A stretch of 64,000 nucleotides of DNA from Ramazzottius varieornatus (Eukaryota; Animalia; Tardigrada). The position numbers and the translations under genes are program-made. This document shows, piece after piece, positions 1 to 13,900 of the stretch. The DNA lies in assembly GCA_001949185.1 (NCBI GenBank), contig BDGG01000008.1:682001-746000 (forward strand). Reading direction: 5' to 3'. The notes below the pieces were generated by a model. That model had not been told where the DNA came from. It saw only the letters and a list, made by a program, of their open reading frames with translations, and made no database searches. Every line of letters starts with the position of its first letter. Positions within the stretch are counted from its first letter, which is position 1.

Positions 1-35
1 ACCCCCCACCTGCTGTCAGAGCAAAGATAACTTGC

Positions 36-212
36 CTTAGCGTGACCATGCTTTCCAGTTTTCGACGTTGACATCTCTACAATTTTACAAGGACGGCCTT
101 TCAACATGACGAATCCGTTCTTGCGCAACGAAGAGCACTGCTGCGGGTAGGTGGCCGAAGCTCCAGAGTCTCCGGACTGGAAGTGCTCGTCCAAATCATG
201 TTCCTCAGCCAT
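36..212 (-). CDS. eIF5A: Eukaryotic translation initiation factor 5A, first coding exon (gene continues past window start)
   Basis: Manual translation (not in ORF track): [59 protein letters not shown], with the hypusine-site motif [12 protein letters not shown]. Exon ends at AAG|GCAAGT (GC donor). Confidence 0.97.
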
Positions 213-1664
213 CCTGCAACAGGGTTAAGGATCAAGAGGAAGAAGATGAGGAGTTGCTTGTCGCCGAAGAACCGCTATGGCAGGTGAAGCAAGGAAATTT
301 TCCTGCCGTACGTGTCCAAGATTAGACGGCCGGTTCAAACTGTCCCACGGATGATTCGACTCACGTTTTAGAAATCGGTTAAATTTCAAATCGGATCGTC
401 TGTGTACCTACCCACTCTATCAAACTCTCAATACGTGGTAGGCGCTCCATCTACAGCCTTGTGGTGAGCGTATCACTGTAGTCCAAGTAGGAAACAAACG
501 GTGAATGACTCGACTGGGAACTAGTCTTACGTCATGGACCCCGTTCTATTTACTGCGCCCAACAAGCCACCTTCAAATTGTGTCTATTGCGTTAGCAGTC
601 AGGGAGACAAGAGTGACTCGAGTGGAACTAAAGAATTTCACTTCAAAAGTATTTTACAAAATTCTTTCCCAGATTTTCGTACGGTTTCGGCTTCCACTTT
701 TGCTGGTTGCTTCATCCATCTCTTAGAATCGGTGTTGCGTTCTGACCGGGACCCCCGTTGCGGAAAAGTAGGCGCTCATCCCTGAACAAACGATCAGAAT
801 GGAAAACGACGCCAAGGAACGAGTCGATTTGTACATTCCCCGGAAGTGGTATGACTGAATTATCCGCAGCAAATGGTTCTTTTACTCATTTGTTTCTCTT
901 ACAGCTCTTCCACAAACCGCCTTATCTCGGCCAAAGACCATGCTTCAATCCAGCTTAATCTGATGGAGGTAAGAATCATCCGAGCACAGCAGGCGGTTGA
1001 GAATTGATTGACATCCAGTTGGCTCCGTATGTCTCACTTGTCCGCGAGTTGATTGAGGCTTTACGAGTTGATTGAGGCATAACTGAAACTAGAGTGGATT
1101 TCTGATCTCTACAATCTACATTTATGAATGTTGAACAGGGCGGATGCTGATGGTTGTTTTTTTGTTTAAGCTGGATGGAGAAGGAAAGGCAACTGGAAAG
1201 ATAAGACCGTACGCCATTTGTGGAGAAGTGCGACGAATGGGTGAATCGGACGACTGCATAAATAGACTGGCGAAGCAACACGGACTTCTATCGAAGCAAT
1301 TTTGATTAACGAGGTACTTTTATTCGCTTCGGCATTTCCCCTGAAGGTTATGAAGAGGCTTGAGAATGTTTTTAAAGTTCGACTGCGTCGGATTTGAGAC
1401 ACCACGCTAATTCGCCAGTGAAATGGCCGACCAGCTGAACGCTATACAGATCAGTACAGTAAATGATGCTTTCCTCCTGCCATCGATGCTGTTCCATGCT
1501 ACGAAAAATATACAGGTACGATTCTGCCGTCCCTCGTAGTCATCGCACTGTCATTCGCTAGGAAACACCCGGAGGACTGAAGCTGTTCGCGAGCGGTGTG
1601 AGATGTCTGCGTAGTGATCGAAGTGAGGAGTGAAAGAGCCCGATGTTTCACTTCCGGTAGCAAA

Positions 1665-1789
1665 TACTGTAATGCTTCATGAACTTCGCGAAGTGACGTC
1701 ACAGTGCGCGTAAGATTTACGGGTATGATGACGCATGTAACACACTCTCACTATGATGTAATTCGCGAAGTTCATGAAGCATTACAGTA
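1665..1789. mobile_element. MITE with TA target duplication (Tc1/mariner-superfamily-like)
   Basis: Perfect 28-bp inverted repeat TACTGTAATGCTTCATGAACTTCGCGAA (1665-1692) / TTCGCGAAGTTCATGAAGCATTACAGTA (1762-1789), including flanking TA; no coding capacity. Confidence 0.85.
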
Positions 1790-1890
1790 CGTCAGAGAAC
1801 TGCACTGCAGGTTTGCAGAAGAATAAGGCGAAAAGAACACACACGCTACATGACAAGGCAAATTGAACTATCGCACCAAAGTCGGACAGA

Positions 1891-2292
1891 TCATTTGAAG
1901 TCTTCACTGCTCAAACTTCCTTTAGCCCGTCGTAAAATAGAATCTTTGGAAGGATCGTATGGGTGGTCTTTGGACGGTATTTCCAGCACGGTTGGTATGG
2001 TGCCATTGTAGCTGTCCACGACTCCTCGGATGCTTTCCGCAATGTTCTGACTAATCAGAATGATTCCGATGTCATCTCGACGTGTAAAAGACTTGAAGGC
2101 TTCTTCTATTTCCGAATAAAGAGTATCCTTTGTCACGATGAAGTAGTTGGTCTGCTTGTTGCGAGACAACTCTCCGATGCCGCCCAGCACGAACCCCACT
2201 ACAACATCCTCGTCCCCGATAACAGCGATCAGCTTACCTCTTCCTCCCGCATGACCCGCATCCTTCGAAGGCCCAGCAGCTGACTGAGCCAT
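1891..2292 (-). CDS. ATP6V1F: V-type proton ATPase subunit F (intronless CDS)
   Basis: 133 aa ORF with [23 protein letters not shown] and [27 protein letters not shown], typical of Vha14/ATP6V1F. Confidence 0.97.
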   Translation of the reverse strand: MAQSAAGPSKDAGHAGGRGKLIAVIGDEDVVVGFVLGGIGELSRNKQTNYFIVTKDTLYSEIEEAFKSFTRRDDIGIILISQNIAESIRGVVDSYNGTIPTVLEIPSKDHPYDPSKDSILRRAKGSLSSEDFK

Positions 2293-2922
2293 GTCTTACA
2301 GTTGCTAACACTGTTCAAATGATTTCGTTTTGAACTTCGTTTGCTTCATCTCGTGTGGCAGACAGGTGCAAAACCGCAGATCGAGGTTGAAATTGTCGGC
2401 CACTGTCGAGCGCATCACATGAAAAGTTGCCGGACCAGTTTCTCCCGCTGTGTAAAATATCGTACCGCAGGGGCTTTCCTTATGCCGTTCCGTTAAGGTT
2501 CACCGAGGGTCTGTGTTTGTCGCACTGAAAGATTCCATTCTTTCGTACTCAGCCAGCCTTCTTATTTGGACATAATGGTGTTACGTATCTAAAGTGCGTT
2601 GGGTGGCAAAGCTACCCGTCATGAAGTTAACGCTGTACGACGAAGATCACGCTGCACCAGTTATACTGATACCGTGGGACGGTGTTAGTTCGCGAATAGC
2701 TCAAGACCTGTGAGACTGGTACAGCAGGATGGTCAGGTCCGAAGCTTAACCCACGTGAGAACCGGAAGTGCCAGTGTGGTCCATCCAAGACCTGAGCGAC
2801 CTGTCGGATGTCGCACTCATCCTTCCCGGAAAGCACGCTTGTGCCATGTTTCTAGAGTATGTAGCCAGGCTACTGACGATTAATACAACTTTTGCTGTTA
2901 GCAGTAGAGGTCTGACAGGCTC

Positions 2923-5750
2923 ATGGATGGAGCCAAACAGTTTGGATTGTCACATGGCTCTTTCATTAGTGCTCGGCGATCCCAGGGTTCTCTAAAAGAT
3001 GAGTCCTCAAGGTCCACGACTCTATTTCTGTCTAATGCTGCTGGAGACAATGGAGAATTGAGCGATGGAGGCTTTCCACAGATATCTCTCTTCGATACTT
3101 TACAGCTGAAACTCGGTAAGAAAACTGTCGAGAATGCAGCACTCGCCGCAGACATCCTGCGTTTACAGCATATCGTCGAGGGACTCCAAAAAACGAAAGG
3201 GGGTGATAGCGGCGCAGAAAGTCACCGATTCGCGGAACTGGAAGCGGAATTGCTTAAACAGAAGCAAGAACTAAACCGCGCCATCTCCGACCGGAATATA
3301 TATCAGAATCTTCATGAGGATGTTAACGCGGAACTGGATAGCGTCCGGTCAGAAATGTACACAGCTGAACAGGAAGCTCAACATAGAATCGGTCAATTAA
3401 ATTTAGTGTGTCAGAAGTTGGAAGATGAAAAGAGGGACGTGGAGCATAAGTGTGCGCAGCAGCTCGACAACCAAGAAAGAGAGTTCGAGAAGGTTTTGGA
3501 AAATATGCGGAGTACTGAAAGCATGGCGGAAGTCAGAGCTCTGGAAGAAGAACAAATCAAACACGCGGAGGCAATAGCGGGTTTGTTGAACGATCGTGCT
3601 GAGAGTGACTTCAAACTTCAACAGGCTTTAAAGAGTGCGGAGGTTTTGCAATCAGCTCATGCCGCCATGGAAGGGAAGCTTCAGAAGCAGTTGTCGAAGG
3701 TTTACAAAGAGCTCGCGCAATGCAAGGGCGAAAATTTGAATATCAAAGAGGGTAAATCGCAGGAGAACGCGGCGTTGGTTCACGAGCTGGAAGCTGTTCG
3801 AAACGAAGCATTAATGCTGCGGAATAGAGTGAGAACTTTAGACGATACGTTGACAGATAAGGAAGCTCTCGTAATTTCGCAACGGATGAACCACGAAGAG
3901 CAAGTTGAAGTCTGGAGGCAGAGGGTAGTGGAAGCCATGTCGAACAGTTCGCAACTCATGGCAGAAACTGTGGTGGCCTTGGAACACAGACTGGCGGAGT
4001 CGGATGCTCAAAGGTCTCGGTTGGCTGCACAAAACGAACAAAGAGCCCAGGAGGCGGCGGAACACCTCGAGCTTGTGCGGAAAGAGTACGACGTTATCAT
4101 AAAGAGCTTGGCGCTTCAGCATGAGGAAGACTTCAAAAGAAGGGTCTCGAGCGTCGAAGAGCAGTTCGCCAGAGAAGCGCGGCAGTGGAAGGCAGAATAC
4201 GAGAAGATTCGTGATGGACAGCAACAATACGCGAGAATGGTCGATGCAAGGTACGAATGCATGTCGTTGGAAAAAACTTCAGTAAGTTTGATTTTGCTTC
4301 AACACTGTATGCTCTTAGGTTGGAGCAACACGTCAAGTCTCTCAAAGATGCCCATAGTATCGAGATAGTGAAGCTCAAGCAACAAGTGGAGGACTTGTCA
4401 ACTTCCTCGTCTGATCATCTAGAACAGGTCGAAGCACTACGGCGTGACCTTGTGGCAAAAGGAAGGGATTTGAAGTCTGCTTCCAGGAAAGCGTCGGATT
4501 ACGAGAAGAAGTATCGTCACGTTGAAAAGAAACTGAACGAAGTTATCAACATGAACAGAAAACTGGTTCAAGATGTTTCGCAGCTTCGTCAACTGAAAGA
4601 CCCATCGACCATTGTCGAGACGACGCTGCGTGCAGAGCGCGAGAACCTGCGCAGTTTAGTTGAGGCAGAAAACGCTGCAAAGGTAGCTTCCTCCGAATCC
4701 TTGCTTGTTAAAAAACACGACGAAGCGGTAGCGGCTCTTCAGAAGACTCATACGGACTCAGTTCATCAACTCCAAGAGCAGTTGAAACAGACGGTATCCG
4801 AGCGAGCCCAAAGTCGTGCGATGCTGCAGAAACTTCAGGCCGAGGTCGCGGCGGACAAACGGGCAATGCATGATGGCATTGCCGATTTGATGAAGAGCAA
4901 CACGGTAAGTTCGGCCGCGGACGCCCAGAACCATCAGATCGAATTACGAACTCTGAAAGAAAACCATCGCCGGGAAGTACAGCTGCTGAAAACGGAAAAA
5001 GCAAAAGCGATAAAGATCTCTGAAGAGAACCACTTGAATGAGATTCTGAAACTTCGCGCAGCTCATGAGGCTGAGAAGGCAGCTACTGCGCGAACTAACG
5101 AGGAAGTGTTGCGCAGTTATGCACAGAACTTGAAGCCGAGTATTCGAAAGGAAATCGAGGAAGAAATTGCTCAAGAGATAAAAGCGCTTCGTTCCCAACA
5201 TTCAAGTTTGATAGCTGTAAACGAAAAGGCACTTTCTGAAACTGAACAAAAGTGTGGCTCCATACTCGAAAGCATGAAGAAGAAACACCAAGAAATTGTA
5301 AACAGCTTAGAAAGCAAATTGGCCACGACGGCAAAAGCATTGTCCGAATTTGAAGAGAAATTCAATCAGCATCAGCAGTCTGTGAGCAAGGTCCATTTGG
5401 TCAAGGAAGAACTCGAAAGGCGCCTCGAAGAAGCAGAAATGCGTCTTCGAGAGACCGTGGAACAGGAAGCGAGTAAGAGGAAAACCTTGCAAGATGATGT
5501 GAGGAAAGAAGCTGAGCAAAAGCTTGCGGCGTTCCAAGAGGCTTCCACCGCCACAATCGGAAAACTCGAGAAGCAACTACGAAGTCTCCTTCAAGAAATG
5601 GCGAAAGCAGAAGAAAGAGAACGCCTACTCGCACAAAAGTTTGCTGCTGTTGCCGCCAGAAACCACCAGTTGGAAGATAATCAAGCGGTGTTCCAAAGAC
5701 GGCTTCAACAGTCCGAGCAAAGAATCCCTGAGCTTTTAGCATCGAGGTAA
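2923..5750 (+). CDS. Long coiled-coil protein of unknown family (~920 aa, 2 exons)
   Basis: ORFs 2923-4368 and 4257-5750 join through a GT..AG intron at 4251-4318 (…DAR|LEQHV…). E/K/Q/L-rich heptad composition throughout. Start codon uncertain. Confidence 0.8.
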
Positions 5751-5968
5751 ATTGAAACTTATCCACTCTTTACTGTCTACTTTTAAAGTTCTGATCTGGC
5801 AGTTCTAGTTTATCTTTCATTCGAACATTTTAGCTTGTTTCATGTAAATTTAACTCAAGTGCTCCTTCTGATAACCACACGGTATTTTCACGCTTGAAGC
5901 GAAGCACTATAAATATTAGAAAATCCGGCAGGTTTTTTGTTATAAAAGACAATCTGGTTCGAGTCATC

Positions 5969-8334
5969 CTAGTCAACAGGCATGTCCTCCGGGCCCGACT
6001 TAGCAGTCGTGGCTGGTGCTGTCGTTTCGGTTGCAGGCTTTGGGTAGGTTCGCAGTGGTCGAGGTCCATAGAGCAGCAAGTAGGCGCAGTGCCAGTCGCC
6101 GCCTCCAGACAGCTTCAAGATCTCTTCTGGATGGACGCCGGAAACCTTATCATCGTCAAACTTCAGCCAAATGTCTGAAACGCAACGCAAGGTTGAGTCA
6201 TACGGGTCTGGCCATTTGCAAGACGAACTTCTTACCTCCTCGCTTGACCCAACCAACATAATGTCCACTGTTGTTGGTCCTTCCTTGATGAGTTAGAACG
6301 GCCTGTAGTTCGTAAAAGCCGCTGTTGTTGGACCCAACATCTGTAATCAAGATCACGATAGCCGTAACGCTGAAAGAGCGACCAACACGGTAACCAAACA
6401 CCGGTACCGACCATCGGAGAAGGAGAAAGGTTCGTCAACGTGAGGCTCATCGTCATCTTCCTTCACTAATCCCTTGGTCAGCTAAAACGAAAGCCATAAA
6501 GCAAGTCGTAACAGGGTTAGAAAGCTTGGTATTCGTACTTTGATCGCCCGTTCCGTCAGATAGTCGTCAGTATCCTTAAACTTTTGCCGCATGGGCACCA
6601 ACTTCTTCTGGAGCACTTCGGAGCACAGATCGAAGACATCCAACATGAAAGGAAATTTCACATCCTATTTAACAGGAAAAATAAGTATGCAATACTGCTT
6701 CTAAATTCATCGATGTGCTGTGCTGTGCTGTACCTTCAAGATCTTCGCGCCAACCGCTGCACGTTCTTTGAAGAAGAAGCGAACAAGCTGAACCGTTAGA
6801 TACGCGGGAAGGCGATCAATCTTGTTCACTTTCTCAAACTCGGCATCGCGACCCAAGGTCTCCGAATGCTTGGTGATAGTCTCCCTCAGCCGACCAGCCA
6901 GTCCAGCTTGAAGATACTTCACATCTGTAACCAAGAACCAACGAAATCAACTTCACACTCTTATCGAGGGAAAACGTAGAATATCTTACCTTGGTTGATG
7001 AAGCAGCTCAGCTGGAGAAAAGGCTCTCTGAACTGCACAACAGGTTCCGTTTCCGATTCCTTGCATTTCATCGTCACCGCGAACTCCCCCCGCAAGTACT
7101 GGTCCACGACATTGCTGTTGGGTGTAGCTGCACCGAGCTGCTTCTTCAAGTTGTTCATCAACTCGGTCCAGGCTTCGTTCGCGTCTTGCTGGGCGTACCC
7201 GCCGTGTTCGCCTCTTTCCGCGAACCTCGGGTAAGCCTTCCTCATAGTCTCCACCAGCACCTATTCCGACAAACCATGCCACATTCTCCACCAAACGTGT
7301 TCACTCTACTTAGTCCGAAATCCGACTGATATTAGACTTACCACTGGGACGACTTTCTCCGGGTTTCGGTCCATTTCATCGTACGTCACCTTCACAGCTT
7401 GAGTTACCGACTGGGACTTTGCTTGCTCGGAATCGAACCCGGCGAAGCTTCCGGAAAAGCTGTAACAAGCATCATAGATTAGTTTTTTAGTTTGTCAGCT
7501 CGTTATGTCAAAGTGTTTTGACTTACTTCTTCAAGGCCTTGCGAAGTTCGGGGATAGCCCGGAAGCACTGCACGGTGGCATTCAGATAGCAAGTATTGCC
7601 CAAATTCATCAGACCCAGAGGATTGTCATCCTGATATGACAATGAACAATTAGAATTTTCCTGGTTAGCCACGCTAAAGTTTATGTAAACAGTCGGTAAA
7701 AAAAATAGTACAAGGAAGGCAAGAGTTATCAGTTAACATGTAGCAATAAACATTTCGAACCTCTTCATCCGCAGCACTGCTTGATGGGTCCTTCCCGTCC
7801 TTTGACGATGCTGCAGGTGGAGGACCTGTAGGCACTCCCTCCGTACTGCCCATCATCATGATCCCGGAACCATTTGTCAGCTTAATGTCTCCCCATGCAT
7901 CGTCCTGACGACCATCCAAAGTTACCAAACCAGTCATGGCAGCGTCTTCCCCACCAATATTAGGCAAGCACACCTAGTTTTGAAAGCGACATACCTGGAT
8001 GGTCTTTCCTTTCATCAGCAACTTTTGTCGATCCGGAGGCACTCCCGACAGAGCGAAGAGTTGTGCTGTAATGCAGAAAAAGACACTGCAGACTGAGCGA
8101 GAATTCACTTGTACGGACCTGTGTTATCAATATTTAACAAACAGCGCAGTACCTTTGAAAGTTTCGGGAGGCTCATCCGTGTTCACTTCGACGTTGTCAA
8201 ACTTCTGTTTGCCCCACTTTACATTGACTGCAACACAACAACCCTGATAGTTTCTGCCATTCTGCCTTCAAGAAAGCGTGATGGAGCAACAGGAAAATCG
8301 AAGTATCTAGAAGCTTACCGGTTACAGCGGGCAT
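5969..8334 (-). CDS. USP14: Ubiquitin carboxyl-terminal hydrolase 14 (multi-exon)
   Basis: Ubl N-terminus MPAVT/VNVKWGKQKFDNVEVNTDEPPETFK; Cys box GLMNLGNTCYLNATVQC; QQDANEAW; His box HQGRTNNSGHYVGW; LKLSGGGDWHCAYLLLYGPR. Confidence 0.95.
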
Positions 8335-8976
8335 CTTGGACGGCTTCTTGGGCTCCGATCGAAGACGTGTCTACTGCCGTCGGTTCACAAATACCACAGT
8401 CAAGGAAGCAACCAACGTCTAACACGATCAGCTTCGATGTCCTTGAGCTTGAAGACCTGAGAACTTCTTCCTGCGAAATGACAACAAAGCGATTCAGTAA
8501 CGTGGAGTCAAGCGTCAAGGCAGTCAAGGGAAACACCACAGAGTTTACACAAAGGGACATTCAATGACATCACATGATATGACAGGACACGATGACACTC
8601 TTGGAACAGTTAACACGACCGCACAAAGTTTCTGATTAACTTAGCTTAGGACGTGGAAGAAGTTCAAAGATTTTCCTGGGCACTCTCGATTCCAATCTTG
8701 GACTTTGTCAGCGCATCTAAGTGGACCGTATACCCGGACTATCCCTCCGACGTACTGGGAACGTCGGTCTCTCTGTTCGGGCCAGGTTGCAGACAGCCGT
8801 TAGCGTTCCTCTTAAAATGTCTATCCAATCGGAAGTCCGGATGACGGGATAGCTTTGCAAGGATCACGGCGCCCCAGAAGTGTCACGGCACCTATCCGAC
8901 TGGATCTGCCTAACTACCATGATACTCTGCGATAAATTTTGGAAGTTCTGGCTTGATTTGTTCTGCCTAAATAGTC

Positions 8977-10456
8977 ATGTACCGAAATAACTCGTATCTC
9001 ATGGAAGTGGCTGAGAAGGCGACAGTCTACCGTGTTGGAAATTCCACAATACGGCTACAAGGCAAGACTCTCTTCGGACTCATCGGGGTATCTTCTTGTG
9101 CTATTCTGTATGTTCTGTATTCCTTGATGCCAACCAATGTCGGCTTCAGGTAAGGTACTTTTGGAGGGCAAGCTTTGACGTGGAACGACGTGGCAGTGAA
9201 ATGGTAATTAAGGCTGCATAATGTTATACAGGAAAAATCCTCGCTTCGGAGGCGCAAACGATATATACTTCCTTCCTCTACTTCCTTATAACACGACATA
9301 CCCTCTAACGAAGCCTGTGACTTTGGCCGGAGGATGGATAAAGTATCGAATAGGCGTTATCGCCGATATGGACTTGAAAGCAAAGTCTTTAGAAGAAGAA
9401 GGAAGCTGGATAAGCTACCTCAAGACCGGCTACATCTTGTACAATCCAGAGTATAGAGAGGTAAAAGTGGAATGGGAATCTGCACCGACCGGCATGACGC
9501 TGTTGAAGTCTTCTTGGGGCTTCGGTAACCGCGGGATGGAATTGTCGGAGCTCCTTGTCTTCAACGGGCGATTGTACGGTGTCGACGATCGGACTGGTGT
9601 TATATACGAAATCGAGGGGAACCTCGCTATCCCTTGGGTTATCCTGACCGATGGAAACGGACGGCACGCCAAAGGTATATAAAGCAAAGTTTTTTCAGCA
9701 AGTATCACGCCATTGAAAAAAATTTGACAAATATTTCGAATAAGTGCTGGCCGAGCCGCTAAACAGAACTTCACAAGCCTGCATACACTTGCTTTGTTTT
9801 GATGGTTACATATGTGTATGCAGGCACACGAAAGATGGGCGTTTTTCCCTGGGTTTTGATTCAACCATGTTTTTGCAGGTTTTAAGTCTGAGTGGGCGAC
9901 GGTGAAAGACGAGCATCTGTTCGTTGGCGGTTTCGGTAAAGAGTGGACATCGCCAACAGGCGAACTGATCAACGATAATCCTCTCTGGGTGAAGCGTGTC
10001 TCCGCAGATGGGCGAGTGTCTCATTGGTCTTGGAAGAAGAACTTCATAGCTCTTCGAGACAAACTAGGGATCAACTTCCCCGGTTACATGATCCACGAGA
10101 CGTGTGGGTGGTCAGAAAAGCACCGGAAGTGGTTCTTCTTACCCCGTCGGTTGAGCAAAGATAAATACGATGAGAAACTAGATGAGCATATGGGTTCTAA
10201 CCATATGCTGATAGCAGAGGAAGATTTTTCAGCCATAGAGGATGTTTTGGTGGGTGAAGTTAGCCCTACACATGGCTTTTCTTCTTTTAAGTTTTTGCCC
10301 GATTCTGGTGATAACATAATTGTGGCTTTGAAGTCTGAAGAAGACGACGGCAATGTCAGTAGTTACATTTTAGCCTTTGATTTGAAGGGCAAAATTCTTT
10401 TATCCGAAACTTTAATTGTCAAAGACTACAAGTTTGAAGGTATTGAATTCATATGA
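8977..10456 (+). CDS. CANT1: Soluble calcium-activated nucleotidase / apyrase (3 exons, N-terminal signal anchor)
   Basis: YNTTYPLT, IGVIADMD, RGMELSEL, DDRTG, GFKSEWAT, GYMIHE, WFFLPRR, GFSSFKF, KFEGIEFI. Exon 1 (8977-9149) has YRVGNSTIRL plus a hydrophobic segment. Confidence 0.95.
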
Positions 10457-10769
10457 CATTTCTTTGTGATAAAGTTCGTTCGCTCGGTTGATTCTTCAAG
10501 AAGAGTCATGTAAATTTCGGACTTGGGTTCTACGCGAGACTGAAATTCCGCACAGTCTCGACGCAACCTGGCACAAACCTGACAGATATTCTCTTGTTCC
10601 CGACTTTTTGCGAGCTCGCTCGCCCGACCGTACTTTTACAGATGCCCAAGCGAATCGCGAATAGATCAGTTTCACGTAGTCGGTAAACTTCCTCTTGCAT
10701 CACCAAGGTGGAGGCAGGTTCTATCGGAAAATAGCATTGCTCACTACTCAGTTCAAAAAAAATTCAAAG

Positions 10770-10774
<5 letters not shown>

Positions 10775-10802
<28 letters not shown>
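10775..10802. repeat. (TC)14 microsatellite
   Basis: Direct reading, in the 3' gap between CANT1 and the nucleoporin. Confidence 0.95.
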
Positions 10803-10805
<3 letters not shown>

Positions 10806-10953
10806 ATATGATTTTTCTCCGGTAAACAAAAGAATCTTAATGTGTTAAAGTAAAATAGGCGAAAACGAAAAAGGACATGTAAATCATTCTCTAAGACAGA
10901 AGAGGCGAAGTGCGTGAAGCTGTTGCAAACGGCAACACGCTGATGATATGGGA

Positions 10954-13900
10954 TTATCTCGGGTTCAGCCGGCGTTTAGGAACCAGTACGCGTCGCTGTG
11001 GTCCGACCGATCCGCTGCGAAAACAAGCGATCGTCAGTATTCCATTTCGTAACCTGAAAATCGAAACCAGCAATCCGTTACCAACAGAAAATCTTACCCG
11101 ATCGTCGCAGTCGCACTGCCAAAAGTGCCATTCGGGGCCGTGCCCGCCGGTGCCCCCATGAAGCCGGGAGCTGGAATTTGTGAAACGGCACCGCCGTTCT
11201 GCAGTCCCGCTGTTGCTGCTCCGAACGTCGGTATTCCGGATGAAAAGGTGAAAGGCGCTGCAAAGAAAAAACCCATATAGATTGACACCTCGTACAGTTT
11301 CCATTCGTGGCCAAAGCTGTAAGTTAGAAGACTGCCTTACCTGCAGTCGCGCTTGGTTGAGGCAAACCATTTGTTTGTGGAGCCAGTCCATTCTGCTGTC
11401 CAAAAAGCGAAGTGGTACCAGCAGCATTAGGTGCTCCGAAGCCAGCAAAAGCAGATGCACCACTGGCAGGTGCTGCACCGAACTGAAAGTCTGAGGGACA
11501 AAGTTGGTAAATCCCAATAGTGAGATCATACCGAAAACTCCTTTCCATACTTTTTCCTCAGAAAGATCACTTACCCATTCCAGCTGCAGCAGCTGGTTTC
11601 ACTACATTGTCTCCCGTGGTAGCAGCAGCAGCAGACGGCAGTTCAAATCCGAAGCCCTTGAGCCCACCAGTAGTTGAAGGTCCGGTCGGCTGAGCAGGTG
11701 CCGATGCACCACTGCCGGAAGCGAAGCCGGCAAAGATGGAAGGTGCAACCGTACCTGTAAAAACAATCAAAATCAACTTCAACTCCTCTCAGAAGGGGAA
11801 CGAATGACCAGCAGGTAAAATTGTCACCTGAAGCTGCAGTCGGAAACGATGGAAGGCCAAAACCAGTAAGAGCAGGCAAGCCTGCCGATGTCGTGGCTGG
11901 CATCGCCCCAAAGGCAAATGTCCCGGGAGGCTTGTCCGTGGTGACAGAAGGTGCAGCTGTTACAGTAGCTGGAGCTGTTGTGGTTAAGTCCGAGGAAGCC
12001 GTTGCCGCACCTACTAGGATGAAACGAAGACAAGATGGCTAAAGTCATACTCGAGTACGTTCTTTTGGTGCGTGTTACCAACCAGGCAGATTTCCGAAGC
12101 CACTGAAGCCCGAAAAGCCTCCACTAGTTGATCCCGTCGAAGGAGCCGCGAGTTTGGGTGCCGATGGATTACCGAAGCCGAATAGATTCGAGGAGACGGC
12201 CGGAGCATCCGACGCTGGTTTGCTGGCGTTGCTTGCTGGCTGAGCACCACCGAAAGAGAAGCCGGTAGCGGGTGGAATGGTGGATGCGGGCTTGGCTGGT
12301 GGGTCAGCCTGTGGACCTCCAAAGCTGAAAGCTGGCTTGGCCGGAGCTGTCGTGGCCGTGGTGTTTTGTTCGGTTCCAGGTTTCGCCTTCCCACACGCAG
12401 CACATTGAGTTTTCTGGTCATCGTTGCCGGTCCAGCACTCAGAGCACGTCCATTGCTTAGCTTGGCCCAACTTGGACCAAAGATCGTTCACTGGAGCTGA
12501 CGAACCTAAAGCACGAAAATCACTCAGCTTGACTCCATTCCTACTGGAATATCATATTGTTTCCGAAGCAGTCTGGGATTTTTTCCGCATAAAGTACCTG
12601 CTGCGCTAGTTGACGGCGGTTTGTTTGGCGCGGAAGATTGTGGAGTAGACGAAGTTTCTTTCGGTTTGGCAGATGGGGCAGACTTCTCGTCTTCTTTCGA
12701 CTGTTCATTCGGCGTCGGGCTGGAAAGAGGCGCGCGCTTTGGTGAAGAGTCTTGCTTGGCCGATTCTGACGGGCTGGCCTTGGTAGACTTCCGGCTTTTC
12801 CCGCAGCTCTTGCAAGATGTTTCTTCTCGATTGTTCTCACCACAAAGATCGCAGCTCCAAACCTAAAAGAACGGGATACCATGAAGTGAAACAGTGACTT
12901 TGTCTCCATAGCTTACTTATTTGGGAGCTCGGAAAGTATACTTGACGAAATTGTTGTTTCAAGTGGCGCACGTCTCCGGTGTTATTAGCCGGAAGAGCGA
13001 GCCAGTTGAGAAAACGCTCTCGCACAAGCTTGGTTTCTCACGTGGCGCACCCTTCCAGCCAATATCACCGACAACGTGCGCCACTTGCAAAAATAATCTA
13101 GTTCGAGTTTGTCTACCGAGCTTCTGTTCTGTCACTTTTTCGTTTCAAGTTCAGAAAATTTTCTGACTTCCATAACATACCTCATTCTGAGCAGTGTTTT
13201 CTTTCGCTCTCGAAGTCGACGGCTTTCTGACTTCCATCGGCTCGTCATCTTTCTCTCCGTCCACCACCTTCTTCCCGGGACTCTTCAGTCTCTCACACAC
13301 CTCGCACTTGTTTCCCCCATCCGCCTTCACCGAAATCCCACACTTGTTACACAGCCTCGCGCTGGTATTCATCTCCGTGCTTCCCGACACCACGCTGGAC
13401 TCTCTATCGTCCCGTGTCGCAGCTTTCACAGCCTTGGCTAGTTCCCCATTAGGGACCGTCACGGCCGCGACGAAGGCAAACTGGCCCCTCGACGAAGTCG
13501 GCGATGGTGATTGAATGACATAGCTGTAGTCAAGCTTCACCGGCGCTGTTTTACGACTGATGCTGTTGTTCATCAGCTTGCTGGGTGAATCTACTGTATT
13601 GGTGTTTCTGTTGAGTGAAGGTAGTGCTTTGAATGGTGACAAGGAGGTCGTTCTAGCATCTCTGCTCTGTGTGAAATCCCCGTTCTTCAGTGTTTCTAGC
13701 CGTTTCATGGCGTACAGCGGCTGAGATGTTTTCTTGTTGCTTTCCTCACCAAACTTCGCCGGTGAACCAAAGCGAGACAGCACCGTGGTGCGTTCGGATG
13801 TCTTGGGGAACATCGAAAAGAGCTTTGGTACTTCACCGCGTTCATCGCGATCCACCGCATCGAAGCCACGCTTTCGAGACGGAGTGGGAGTCATCATGGG

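Noticed and set aside
4251-4318. Apparent frameshift between overlapping ORFs 2923-4368 and 4257-5750
   Set aside because: Explained by a canonical 68-nt GT-AG intron that restores frame.
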